DNA from: Takakia lepidozioides
Taxonomy: Eukaryota; Plantae; Bryophyta
Reading direction: 5' to 3'
NCBI GenBank assembly: GCA_030704615.1
Contig: CM060733.1
Coordinates: 63,240,001-63,304,000, forward strand
DNA length: 64,000 nucleotides
Below the pieces are notes generated by a model. That model was given only the letters and a program-made list of their open reading frames with translations. It did not search any database and was not told the origin of the DNA. This document shows positions 21,245 to 34,121 of this stretch, one piece after another. Every line of letters starts with the position of its first letter. Within the stretch, counting starts at the first letter, position 1. The position numbers and the translations under genes are program-made.

Positions 21245-24200
21245 GTGGTAGTCAAGCTGGAGAGGGTTCCTTCTACAATACGAAAGAGAAGAAAGTCTCT
21301 TTATTTTACTTCCCTTAGAGAGAGACGCAGAGCAAGAGAGCAAATGACGAGGCGTCGTTTGTTGGAGAACACAGGGCCAAGGCAGCAGGTGAACGCGGAG
21401 ACTGATTCACAAGAGCAGACGGAGACTGAGGCAGCGGCTGTGACACAGTCGGCGATAAGAGTGCGCCAGCCTGTGGATGCAGAGATGACTCGCAGGGACA
21501 CTGAAGGGTGGAAGCACGAGGAACGCCGAACCGGGAGAAGGTCCAGAAACCCTAGAGCAGACAGAAATTCCAGCAGATGTGAGAGGGAAGAGGAAAGCTG
21601 CAGAAGGGGATCCAATTTCAAAACCTAAGAAGGCGCCAGTAAGTTTTCTCTAACTTACATTTCATTGTTGAAGATCTGCGTAGAGATTGAGTGGAATGTC
21701 CCAGACAGGGATTGTCGCTACCGACCATCACAACGGTGATTTGCTTTCTACTCCTCTGCTAAGGGTTTACCGCACAATGAGTGGGTGACTGACGGTACCG
21801 TCAATCATCGTGTTTAGATCATACAGTCTGTCTGATTGCCTTTCAAGCAGTCCTTCCTCTTCCCATGCTGGCGACGTAATCACAATGGAATCAATCTGAA
21901 TAATCTGCACTTACTGTCCGCCCTAAACTATACTGAATGTCGTTGCCGCCAATCACTTGCACATAGATGTCATTACACAACACCGATCCGGCAGGTCCTT
22001 ATCTTTTGTGATTGTCGTTAACGCCGTTCGCTATCGCTCTCGCTTTTGTTTTGAATACGGCAGGATTAGCTTTGCTTGTGTAATTGTGCTGAATTGTTTC
22101 ACACCATTCATAGTGAGTTTGAGACAGAGTGATGGTCGTTACCGCCGTTCACTATTTGCAAATTACTCAGTCAGAACTGAATGGCATCGTGCAGAAAACT
22201 GTGAGGTCCAAGCCTACAGGAGAGAGGGAAAGGATCTGGAGATGGGGACGAGTCCGGAAAAAGCTCAGAGAATACAGATGAAGCAGATGAATCTGAAGTG
22301 CACTACCTTGACAAGGTGAAAGAACTCATGTCATTCCAGAAGGTAAACTCTCAGGAGGTTATAAGGGACATGCTCGTATCTGGAGGGCGTCTGGACATCC
22401 CTGTGCCGGATGATATCTATGCCTTGTGCGTCCACCTCTTTCCCATGACATAACAAAATTGGAGAGTGATTTTGTGCATGGATATAGACTTGGTGCACAA
22501 GTTTTTTTATGTGTCACTGACGGATATAAATGGGAAAAGCACATTAGTGTCTCCAGAGATCAGTGATAACTGGGATGAGTGCTGGAAAGATGCCAATGAG
22601 GAGTTCGAGCTGGGCCTCATGATGGGAAAGAACACCCAGCAATTCTGCAACCACATGTTTCTACGTCTGGGACGGCAACCACCGATTGCTGGCATGGATG
22701 GGATACATTCAGAAACACCATGCGAAAGACAAAGACAAGCATGTTGCTGTGGAGGCAATGGTTTTGGATCCTGGAAACGACATCGCTAGGCTTCTTACAG
22801 CTATGCACGACGTGAACAAGTAAGTCATCCAGGAGATTTCATTTCCCTCTGTAGTGTCTTATTAATCCCCAAAAAACAGTGTTAAGGAATGCAATGTTCC
22901 AATGTTTTTGCAGATCGACAGAGAAATCGCATGTGGTCAACACTATTCCGAATTCAGAGATTGGTCTGATGAAGCTGGATGATTTTCGGACAGTACTCCC
23001 ACCCAAATATCAAGAAGTGCGAAACAGGAAGAGCTGCAGGCACTTGGTATTCTTTGACACGAGAGGCGTTTCTGGAGTACATGTATGCGGTAAGCCTGAG
23101 TCTATACTCAGTTTACTTTTCGAATACATGTTTGTAGTCGGTGCTAATCACTACTTGAATCAATGCAGCAAGAACTGGCAGAGGCAGCTGAGAAGGGAAA
23201 ATCCGAATATTACCGCACTACACCAGAGGAACTAAGGACATCAAAGGGTGTGGAAGCTGCAATAAAGAAGGAGTTTGAAATGCGAAGAACCAAATTGATG
23301 TCCGCCTTCGGAAAACAGCTTAGAATAGTAGATCCTGGACTTGGTTCTGAGTTCCTTCAGCAGATCAAAACACACTATGACAAGCATGTGCATCCGGAGA
23401 TGCAGCAGGAGAAATTGCACCGGCTGGCCATATCGATGGTCGACCCACAAACAAAAATAAGGTGGCTGGAGATATGGAACTCAGATCAAACAGTAAAGGA
23501 CTTGAATCAGTTCCCAAAGAGCACCATACAGCCTGGCACAAAGGTGGAAGGAATCAGTGATTTGGTGTTTGATAACTGGCTCCACAAGGCTACATTTTGG
23601 AGTCAGGTGTGTATTCAAATATGCCGTTTTCTTTTCTTCAAGTATGTGATGAGAATCTTATTTGCAATTATGACAAATATACAATTTGCAGCTCGAAAAG
23701 CGCGCCGTCATTGTGCTGGATCAGACTTTGAAGGACCTGAACATTTCGATTGTTTCCCCTCCCCAAATGTCATTGGAGGCATACATAAGGAAGTGGAGAG
23801 GTCTCACTGGAGATACTGTTTTTTCCGGGAGTTCTCCAAAGATGGTAACATTTTACGGTCCAACGACTTTGACAGTCAGGTTGGAGGAGAGTGGGCCATG
23901 ATGCGAGTTGTGTACAGGTGCATGTCATACTGAAACTCTACTTTTTTGGGAAAAAATGTGGCTTCATAAGGATTGCAATCATAGATCCAGATTGAATGTC
24001 GTTGACGACATTCACTTCTTTGTCTGAGTCATTCTTAAGCGAGTATATGAATTCACCTGGTTAGGATCTAAGGGTGTAATTATAGTGTCCCTGATTAGAA
24101 TTGATAATGTCCTTGAATGGCGTTGACGACATTCACATCCGGAGTTGTTGAGAGGTCCTCAGAGTTATGTAAATTTTTGTAATGTCCATAGAGTTTACAG

Positions 24201-26954
24201 TGAGGGTTCCTCACTTCATTTTGCTGAATGTCAATGCAGACATTCAGTTGTTCTGCATTTTTTGCCTCTTGCGAGGAATCTGGAGGCTTGATAAGCTTGT
24301 TATGAGAAATCCAAAGTGAATGTCGTTGATGACATTCACTTCTGTGTCTGTATTATTCACCAGCGACAATTTGAATTTACATGGATTGGGAGCTAAGTAA
24401 TTGGTTCCTTGTTGGTATTTTGTGAATGGCGTTGACGTCATTCACATACAGTGTTGTTGTGAGGTCCTCAGTGATATGTTCGTTATGAATGTGCATTGAG
24501 TTTGGAGGGTTCCTTACTCGAGTTTATGATTTCCATCCTTTGATTTTGCTTCATTGAGGAATAATTAGGCTTGATTAGGAGTGTATTCACAAATCCAAAG
24601 TGAATGTCGTTGACGACATTCACATCCGGAGCAGTCGTGTGGTCCTGAAAGGTCCTTGGAGGTGTTCTCAGAGCCATTTCATTCTATGTTTTTTTCATTC
24701 TGTTCTACTTGCATCTTACTCACTGAGCGCTTTGTTGGGTTGGGATTTATCTCCTATTTTGCAGGTACACGAAATATGTGCTTATGGAAGGAAATCACCT
24801 GAGCGGAATTCCAGACTATCTTGACATGTGGTCGGACCCTGCAAACGATCCAACCATGTATACTACAGGGATATTGAAGGACTGGAGTCCTTCTCACTTC
24901 AGAGACTGTGGGTGGTACCTTGACTGCCCACCGGAGCACACGACCTTTCAAGAACAACATATGAAATACTTGAACAATAATGCTGAGATGCTGGCGCCTT
25001 TGACTGACGAAGAGTACCAACGAAACATAGCAACATTGGCTGCCAAGGAGCCTGATGCTCAGGGAACGCCGCAGAAGGGAAAGAAGGCGGGCCAAAAGAC
25101 AAGGCTGTTGATGTCATAGCCATCTCACCAGCAAAGCCAAAGGACAAAGACAAGTCCAAAGAGAAGGAAAAATGACAAGGGGAAGGAGAAAGAAAAGGAG
25201 ATGGAGAGTGGGCAGGACTTTACTGCTAGAAGATACCCGCACTGTTCAGTGCGTGTTCGATGCCAAGCCACACCCTTCCCGTTCTGATTCGGCAGGAGAG
25301 ATGAAAATTGTTAATGAGGGTTGGCTTCGATGATGCAGAGTCGAAAGAGAGGATACACTGGGGTGCCTTCGCCTACCTGGGACAATATAATCTCATTCCT
25401 CAATCTGGTGAGAATTCCAGTTTCTTTCCTTTTTCTCTGAAAGTTTTGTTGGCAGTATTTCAGTCTCGTTCTTTGAAAACATTCTTGCCATCGTTCTTTA
25501 TAAAAACATGTCTGTTGCAGGTGAGCACAGGTCCCACCTTGTGTGCAGTGTGCAGAAAACATATGCGGCCGACATTGTCATTCTCGACATCCCGGATGGC
25601 CAGGCTGTGCCAGAAGTTCTTCCAAAGGGCAAGACGCCAGGCTGGAACAAATTCGAGGACAACTACTGGAGTTGGGTGTTCGGGTTCTGTAATAACTTCC
25701 TCTCTGATGCAGGGACACTTTTGCTTTTTCAGTCATGTGACAATGATAGTTGTCGGGCATTGGCATCATACCTCAAGTCTTCAGGGTTTGAAGTTTTGCG
25801 CACATGGAATTGTGTGAACAGCCTCTACCTTGTGGAAGGGGGTTTCCCTGGTCAGCTGGTATGCCGTCTCCCTTCTGCTTGTGCTTTCATGATGAGTTCA
25901 ATGTTCTCTATAGCTCCACTCTGGTAGAATCTGTTATGATCGACACCGATCATCACCGATTCGTGATAAAAATGATTTTTTTGTGTCTGAGTTCTGAATA
26001 GCCGATGTACACACTTCCACTATAGATTGTGTTTACCACACTAACCTGCTATTTGGTAGACGAGGATGTTCGAGGCGATCTGCCTGCGAGGATTCGCACC
26101 TCCAAGACACCATCCTCCATCCGCAGCTTTGAGATTTCTGACCAGGGTTGTTTCGTCAACCCCCCCTATGAGCCCCATGTCGATGACATTTTGTACAACT
26201 TCATGCAGTTCAGTCAGACTCTGAAGAGACCAGATGGCACTCCCTGGAGAGGTACAAAGGAAAAGTCCCCAGCGTTCATGCAAAATACTGCTGGAGTCAT
26301 GCAGCCACCACTCTGCACGGGTGGTCGATCTTTCTGTGTCCACAGGTTCGTTCTTTCCCTTCCGAATTGGGTTTCTTTCAACAGTTTCATCTGCTTAAAC
26401 CCCCCACCAAACTGTTCATGTCCTCCTGTGTGGTGCAGGAGCAACTTACCATGCATGCAAGGCAGGCGGAAGAAGCCTTTTTGGCATGGGGTGATTCTGA
26501 CCTCTACAACATAGTGCTCCCCCCTTTTGTCTGGCTCCACTTCAGGCACACAGACTGATCGGATTCAAATTCGAAATGATGACGATCCCGAAGATAAGCA
26601 GGTCGACAACGACTTTTCATGTGAGTAAGTGCTAAACCCTCTTTGGGAGCCATACTCAATTTCTCAATAACATCAAAGTTACAGTAATAACTTTTTCAGG
26701 CTGTCTTTCAGGAAAGGCAGCGGTGGATCTTCAGGAGATACAGTCATTTCTGGCGAGTCTGTTTTCGACAGCCCCATTTCCAATTTTCTGCTTCCTGTAT
26801 ATGCCAAAGCAATGGCACTTCATGCGGCTGAGTCCCTATCCCCAGACTTTTGTGCCAGCCGTAGGTGTATCCAGCGTGGATCCGATGTTCTAAAATACTT
26901 AGACTTAGATGCAGAGGAAGCGGGGATACATTGTACTGACTCTGAGTCAGACTG
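21245..26954 (+). pseudogene. ParB/Srx + beta-class amino-DNA methyltransferase-like fusion gene, copy 2
   Basis: YVWDGNHRLLAW (~22661-22697, frameshifted). DIVILDIPDG..PGWNKFEDNYW (~25571-25670). PWRGTKEKSPAFMQ..RVVDLSVSTG|ATYHACKAGGRSLFG (~26242-26485). Intron positions are shared with the other copies. Confidence 0.85.
23993..24623. repeat. Intronic cluster of the palindrome TGAATGTCGTTGACGACATTCA
   Basis: Copies at 23993, 24114, ~24225 (degenerate), 24317, 24423 and 24601, lying within ~300-bp tandem duplications in intron 23918-24764. Weaker copies are at ~21710-22150. Confidence 0.9.
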
Positions 26955-27019
26955 AACTATATTCTTTTAATATTATTTTCATACTATGGAAAACGTTGAA
27001 TCCCCTTCCTCCACCGTAG

Positions 27020-27450
27020 TTATTCCTTTAGAACAAATAATAATCACAGAATCAACTTTCATTTAAATTGCAATATGTATGAATCCATCTCACAAACCTC
27101 CCTGACTCTTCTCATATCCATTGTGCATTCATCTACAGTGTATTCATGCGTGCTCCATTCATGAATGTTTTCCTTTGTTCAACATCCATTGTACATTCAT
27201 CCTCTGTACTCTTTAATCCACCCCACAAACCTTCCACACTCATTTCATATACGTTGTGCATTCGTCAAAAGTTTTGGTCATGCATCTTCCTGTCATGAAT
27301 TTTTGTCATTGCTCAACATCCATTATACATTCATCCATTTTACTCTTATCCATCCCTCATTCATCCATCTACATTCATTTTTCACACTCATCCATCTGTT
27401 TATCATCCAACTGTACATTCATCCATCCTTTATTCAATGCCTTTATTATG
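27020..27450. repeat. Low-complexity CATTCATCC-rich repeat near the right end of MULE-B
   Basis: Many cattcatc/catcca units. Confidence 0.7.
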
Positions 27451-27734
27451 TCGTCCAGCTTGTTCCGCGGTAAAGGGTGCCAATCCGCGGGAATACACTC
27501 CACTTCTTCTGGGCGCGTGGTGACGCGGCCTTCACGTGTGATGACGTGGAATGAGCCCCGTGACGTGGCATTGGCGCAAGGTGACGTGGCGTGAGCGCAA
27601 TTGCGCTCACGCGCTCACGTGACCAGGCTCACGCCGAGGCATCCCTGTAGAAATAGCACATTGGCAGCTGGTGCAAAACTAGAGACAATGCACTGTGCGT
27701 AGCATGCAAAGAGGGAAGGGGTGACGTTCAAAGC

Positions 27735-30700
27735 ATGTACAGTGCAGGTGGCGACCGAATGCGTAGGCGTAGAATAGATGACCGTCTATGGCGAATAGAA
27801 GAAGCTTATGCCACAAGGAATGGGCATACAAAAATGCTATGCAATTGCGATGAGTGTCATGGAGGAAAAGTACTGTTGTTGGAAACAGTGAGGAATCATT
27901 ACATGATACACGGGAGGGATCCTCTTCTCCAACGCTGTTCTCTTCCGGTAAGATCGCCACTTTCCCTTCAACACTTTAGTTTGAATTTTGAATGCAACGA
28001 TCCTCTTCTCCACATGTCGACATTTCGTTGGGTGATTGTAGTCAAGAAGTCATAAGATACAGACGTGACTATGACTACGCCACTTCCGTTATCACTTTAA
28101 TTAATGCACATGTCGTGTTTTCATTGGTCATGTGTAGTCATGTAGTCATATATGACTAAGTAAGTGTGACTGCAACTATGACTTCAATGGTTACAAATGT
28201 CGTGTTTTGATTGGGTGTATATTCATAAGATACATACGTAAATATGACTGCATCACTGCAACGTCACCGTGCCTCCTATGTCATAATATGAACAAGTGTC
28301 ACATCGTTGTTGGTCCACTCACAAGATGACTATTGGGATGCAGGGATGTGAATATTCAGATGATGAAGACGAAGGCCATGCGGCACAGCGGGAGCCCAAT
28401 GTCACAGAGAACGCAGATGAGAGTGGTGGATTGGGGGTAGAAATGCAGCGTGCATTGCAAGAAGCGTTTCTCTTTGCAGATGCAAACAGAGAGGACCCCA
28501 TTCATGGTGGAACCGATCACACATTTGCCGATCATGACGATGATCTCGACGATTCCGGAGACAATGAATTTGATGAGAATGCTCACCTGCATGTTGATCG
28601 TGAGTATGATAAACTCTTCTGACAGTCGCAATGTCCACTTTTTGAAGGGTGCTCCATCAGCCGGCTGCAAGCAACTTTGACGTTGCTGAACGCATGCACT
28701 ACCCACAATTGCACCAATGCATTTGTGGATGAGCTTCAGGGATTGTTGCGTGAGAGTTTTTTGCCTAAAGAAAATTCATTGCCGAAAACTCACTATGAAG
28801 CAAAAACCATGATTGCCAAGATGGGATTGCAGTACACCATGATTCATGCCTGTGAGCGTGGTTGTGTACTCTTCCGTGGGGAGTATGAGAATGTAGACAT
28901 TTGCCCAATGTGCCGCAGTTCCCGTTACATTCCAGGTCGTGGAAGTGTGCCCAAGAAAGTATTGCGACACTTCCCTGTCATTCCAAGGTTGAAACGTATG
29001 TACCGATGTAAATCGATCGCTAACCTCATGACATGGCACGACAGACATAAGAGCCAGGATGGGTTGGTTCGACATCCAGCTGATAGCAAAGCATGGAGAC
29101 ACATTGACACCACATTTGAGGATTTTGCTATAGAGCCACGATCTCTACAATTTGGATTGGCCTTAGACGGTGTAAATCCCTACGGAGCTCAATCCACAAG
29201 TTGGAGCACATGGCCCGTTCTCTTGGTCAATTACAATCTGCCTCCGTGGTTAATGACCAAAAAAGTTCTTTGTCATGTTAGCGCTACTGATTCCTGGTAA
29301 GGAGTCTGTTACCTCGGACAACGTAGATATTTACCTGATGCCCCTAGTGGAAGAGCTACTGGAACTATGGAGAGGGATTGCAGCTCATGATGTTTCCCGT
29401 CCTCGTGGTCAACGCGAATTCACACTGAGGGCAGTGTTGATGTGGTCAATCCTTGACTACCCTGCATATGGCTTGCTCTCAGGTCAAGTGACGAAAGGTT
29501 ATGCTGGTTGTCCAGCTTGTGGACCCGGGGTGACTTCACAGCAGTTACACACATGTGGAAAAATTGTTTTCCTAGGCCACCAAAGATTTTTGGCCCACAA
29601 TTGTCCATATAGAAGGTCAAGAATGTTCAATGGCGCTACTGAGCATGGAACTCCTCCAAAAACGCAGACTGGAACACAAATCAAGGAGCTTGCAACAGCT
29701 CGCACTGCATGGGTGGAAAACGGAGGGACGCCAGATAGCAGGACAGACCCAGCAAAAACTCATGGAGTTAAGCGATTGTCAATTTATGTCTTACCTTATT
29801 GGGAGGTAATTCCTTCATGGCCTTTAAATTGGCTGTGTACATTTTTGCGTTTTCTGTTTAAATTGTGATGAGTAAATGCTCAATTGCTTATGTGTTCATT
29901 TTGTAGGGTCTCATCATCCGCCACACGTTTGACACAATGCATTGCGAGAAGAACTTGGCTGAAAATATTATTAAAACTATCTTTGGTGAGAAAGACACAT
30001 TGAAAGTTCGCCGTGATTTGGAGCTATTTGGGATGCGCCCGGAATTGTGGCTACAACGTGATCCTGACAGAGCAGATACGTTAATTATGCCTCCTGCCCC
30101 TTATGTCCTCACTGAGGCTGAGTTACAAGTCTTTCTGGAGATTGTGCAGAACTTGAAAGTGCCAACAGGCTACGCATCAACTTTCAAAAAACATGTGGTG
30201 AAGAAGAAGAAGTTGTCTGGCATGAAATCACATGACTATCATGTGCTCATGCAGCAAATTATACCGCTTGCTATCCGTGGGCTCATGCCAAGTGGTCCTC
30301 GAAGGGCCATTTTGCGAGTATGTCATGTATTTAAGAAGTTGTGTGCAAAAGTGGTGAATCCTGTAGAGTATGAGGAATTGAGAACTGAAGCAGTTCTCAC
30401 TCTGTGTCTTATAGAGAAGGAGTTCCCACCATCATTTTTTGATGTGATGACACATCTGGTTGTTCACCTAGTGGATGAGTTGTACTTATGGGGCCCGTAG
30501 CATCTCGTTGGATGTACCCCATGGAGCGGGCAATGAAAGATATGAAGGGCTACATAAGAAACATGGCAAGGCCCGAGGGGAGCATGGCAGAAGGATATCA
30601 ATTTGAAGAAGCATTGGGTTTTTGCACAGAGTATATGGCAGGATTTGATGGAAGTGTACGAAGGGTGTGGGATGCAGATGAGGCAGAATCTGTGGAACGT

Positions 30701-31870
30701 GAAGTGTGGAAGGAAGTTCTAAAGCCCGAAAATTGAATGACATGTGTGATATTGTACATGAGTACATCATTCAGAACCATCCTCGTCTGTCAGTCATGTT
30801 GGGGTAAGAAATCTACTTCATTGACATTCAGATTTCCAAGTTTTAGTCATTTATCATTAGTTGGCATATGGCGTCTTTTCAAATCTCCCACGCCACCTCT
30901 GTCAGTCTCCTAGCTGACCCTCGGATTGTGACAGGATATATGAAGCAGAGTCCACACGGATAGAAGCCAGACGACGCTTGTTTCGTGAGGAGCAAGGGCT
31001 GGAAGGCATGAGCAATCCCACGGCAATTCAGTACCCTCCTGATTTGCATCCTTGTCCTCCATTTGCTGTTTGGCTCCCTCAAGGTGTACGGGATCATCTC
31101 TCAATTCAATCAGATGGGCTTGATCCTACAACACGTGAGGAAATTACTGGATCTTTCAAGGCCTCCATCATTTACTGCCTGTCATTCAAGAGTATGACAA
31201 CGTATGGTAACCATTACAGGGTTACATCCCCCGGCATGAACACAACAAGTATGGTGTCTTTTGATTGTGGGAGTCTCATCTGTTTTCCAGCACCAGCCCA
31301 TTACCAACAATTCAGGCAATGACATGGAGGAACCTACAAGATATGGGGGTCTTATAAGGGAGATTTTGCAAATTGACTATATAGTGTTTTTGTGTTCGTG
31401 GGTACAGGCGAGTCGCGTGGGTCGTCAACCTATGTCAATGAAGCAGGATGATGCTGGCTTCACACTTGTCAATTTTAACCGTATTCTTCCACCTTATGAG
31501 CAACCTTTTGTGTTTCCTGGCCAGGTTGATCAAGTGTTTTTTTCTGATTGTGTGAAGGAGCCGGGGTGGAAAGTCGTCCCGGAGAAGAGCCCCGAGCACG
31601 TAGAGTGGTCTACGACATATCAATTGATAATGATGATGTGTGACGGAAGTGGAAGGATTGTTAGCCCACAAAGACTAGAGGAAACTCTGGTTACTGATGG
31701 CCCAACATGCGAGCGGTACCGGTTACTCCAGAGCAGGTGGCCTCCTTGTACCTCCGAGCACCCCATATACGTGGTGATGATGTTCAGCCAACCCTTGGAC
31801 AAGATCAAGTCTGTGATAAAGACAATGATAAATGTAGTGACCCAGACACAAATGAGGATGATGAAAATTA
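27735..31870 (+). pseudogene. CACTA TnpD/TNP2-like transposase (Transpos_assoc, Transposase_21, DUF4218, DUF4216), frameshifted
   Basis: CNCDEC...VRNHY..HG; IHAC..GCVLFR...CP.C...RY; HPADS.AW; GLALDGVNPY; STWPV.L.NYNLPPW; MHCEKN; KSHDYH; RWMYPMER; PEGSMAEGY; QPFVFPGQVDQVFF. Introns at ~27948-28343 and 29806-29906. Confidence 0.95.
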
Positions 31871-32059
31871 GATATGCGCAATTTGTGCACTCCAGTTATA
31901 GACCATGCATGATAGTTTAAGGTGGTAACACTCCCTTCGCATTCCCATTAAGATATCATGCTTGGACACTGGATTTTATGATCAATTATGGAGTGCTTTC
32001 CTTTCAACACCCTTTATTCATTGTTGTTGCAATTGGCTTTGGACCAACCCGTGCTGGTA

Positions 32060-32700
32060 CCATTGCCATGGGTTCTGCCTGCAATGTTTTCTTGCCATGG
32101 ATTCGGCACACGCCACGAAAGGCCATCCAGACCATCCTCTGGAAATGCTCCAATGTTGTTTCAAACATCTCCACATTGCAATGGATACAACACTGACATT
32201 AGATGAGTGAAAGTGAGACTAGACCTCCAGCCAGCCGGCTTTCCCACATCAAATTGAAGGGGATCTGTAGGTTATAGATAACGGCTGTTGCCTTCTCAAT
32301 GTCTTTTCCAATCACCTCTGCAATGAACTGGGGTATAAGATCCTTCAAATCACAAGTTTGAGCATCACGCACAAGCCACTTACGGGGATAGAGTTTCCAA
32401 TGCGAACCATTGGTCTTTTATTGATAGCATTGTTGTAAAATACATGGACCAACATGGTCAATTTCGGGAATGACATATAGTACGCTTTCATGTACTATGT
32501 AAGCATGCAACTATGTACCAGTGACGTGGCTTGTTCGTCACTTAACCTGTTTGCCCATTCAGCCATCTCCACATTGTCATGGATTTTGCATGCTGGATTG
32601 TGAGGCCATCCACACCGTCCTCTGGAAATGCTATCATGGGGTTTCAGCTATGTCCACATTTCCCTGGATTATGCCTGCACGAAGCAAGGCCAACTGCATT
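32060..32700 (-). pseudogene. Captured PPR E-domain fragments (several degenerate copies)
   Basis: Minus-strand translations MVWMAFRGVCRIHG (~32094-32137), LALLRAGIIQGNVDIAE (~32640-32693) and ACKIHDNVEMAEW (~32556-32593) match the E-motif W.ALL.AC..HGNVE.AE. Confidence 0.7.
32224..32376 (-). pseudogene. RPS3A: Captured 40S ribosomal protein S3a (eS1) C-terminal fragment, copy 1
   Basis: LVRDAQTCDLKDLIPQFIAEVIGKDIEKATAVIYNLQ..FDVGK, compared with plant eS1 [35 protein letters not shown]...FDLGKLMEVH. Confidence 0.85.
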
Positions 32701-32979
32701 CAACACCCTCCACTTTATTATAGTATTGCAGCAACATTCAAAGCACTTCAATTTGTATCCATCGAAAACATCTAGGCTGGAAAAAGATTGTTTGCAGCAG
32801 AACTTAGGAAAGTACTTCTCCCCTTCCACTACACACGTGAAATGAAAGAAGCCAACCAACAGCATACCAGCCAAGAAAATATGAATCCAGCCAAGAAAAG
32901 AGCCAATATATGCAGTGAAGGTCGACACTAAATGAAACTTATCCAACACTTACATTAGAGGAGGGAAGCTAAGTCTTAC

Positions 32980-33092
32980 CTCCATAAGCTTGCCCACATC
33001 AAATTGGGAGCTTTCAGAATTTTTCCTTTCCGGTTGAATGAACTTGGCTACAAGATCCTTCAAATCACAAGTTTGAGCTTCACACACAATGA
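32980..33092 (-). pseudogene. RPS3A: Captured 40S ribosomal protein S3a (eS1) C-terminal fragment, copy 2
   Basis: EAQTCDLKDLVAKFI..RK.KILKAP.FDVGKLME, followed by a GTAAG donor-like site. Confidence 0.85.
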
Positions 33093-33691
33093 ACTTACAG
33101 GGATTGAGCTTCCAATGCGAACCAGAAGTCTTATATTGATAGCATTGTTGTAAAACACATGGACCAACAATGACAGTCTCTGGAATGACATATAGTACAG
33201 TAATGACATAGTACAACATGCCGCTTCCATTTGACCATCTACCCATGTAGGTTTCTTGTAACTATCATTCCACAGGGAATCATAGGTAATGTGGAGCTTG
33301 AAATCCAGCCCTCTTGGATGAATCTGGACCCACACTCTATCCCTGCTCCTTCAGCTATCCATGCCTTTGACAGCCTACAATTCTACTAGCAAACACCCCA
33401 ACCATACTGGTGTGGAGTTCTTCCCCAAAACACCCCAACCCTACTTATCACAATCTGAAATGCATCTGCTTCTCTCTGTAGTCCAACAGGCATTCGCCTT
33501 TTTGTCTCCATTGTCCCACCATTGGGGTCGGAAAGTGTTCACCCCAAAGCTTCTCCTCACCTCTATTATATGTTTGGATACTTCCCTGCTGCCACACTGG
33601 CAGTAACTTGCCAAAGTCACTCCAAACCACCACAGATCTACCCAACGACCTAACTTACAGAATTCAATATGCATCTTGCGGCCAAGTCTGA

Positions 33692-34121
33692 TGAGAGGGC
33701 AACACAGGCTGAAATAGGTTGAAGAAGAAGGTGCCCTACCACATTGTCCTTGATCTGTCCTGACCCATGGAGGATTTGACCGATGACCTCTTGTGTGTGC
33801 TGCTTGTGTCTGTAGTCAGGTAATGTCGGATTGGTCTGTGAGATCGAACCACTACGGCGTAGATGAGTAGTCAGAGATTGAAACACGCTTGCTAAGACCA
33901 AGTTGACTCTCCCAAGAACGGCGAGCTCACTTCTCCTCGTCTCGTCTCTTCCTCCTCTTCTCCTTCGTGCATCATTTGCTCAACGCCTCCATCCCACGCC
34001 CCTGCATATCCTGCTATCATCGCGTTCCATCCCTCAGCTATGTGGTGTGGCGCATGAGACAAAAAAACGCCAAGTCCCAGCCCTCCTTTCTGTTCACGAT
34101 TACACTAATGGGCAACCTTAT
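33692..34121. repeat. Dispersed ~430-bp module, copy 2 (copy 1 at 996-1450)
   Basis: Direct repeat of 996-1450 with small indels. Confidence 0.85.

Larger units (their letters stand above)
16544..27647. mobile_element. MULE-B: Mutator-like DNA transposon (~11.1 kb) with transposase and ParB-MTase accessory gene
   Basis: Perfect 9-bp TSD TAGAAATAG at 16535-16543 and 27648-27656. Imperfect TIRs CAACGACGCAATGGCGTGAGC and reverse complement CAGGGATGCCTCGGCGTGAGC. GTGAGC and TGACGTGGC repeats occur at both ends. Gene layout is the same as MULE-A. Confidence 0.93.

Noticed and set aside
33441-33674. RecQ-like start (RRSFGVNTFRPQW)
   Set aside because: The match is too short, no helicase motifs follow, and it lies within a mosaic of degenerate captured fragments.
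996-34121. 996-1450 and 33692-34121 as the LTR pair of a retrotransposon
   Set aside because: There are no TG...CA ends, PBS/PPT, TSD or gag-pol sequence between them, and the module contains a PPR fragment.
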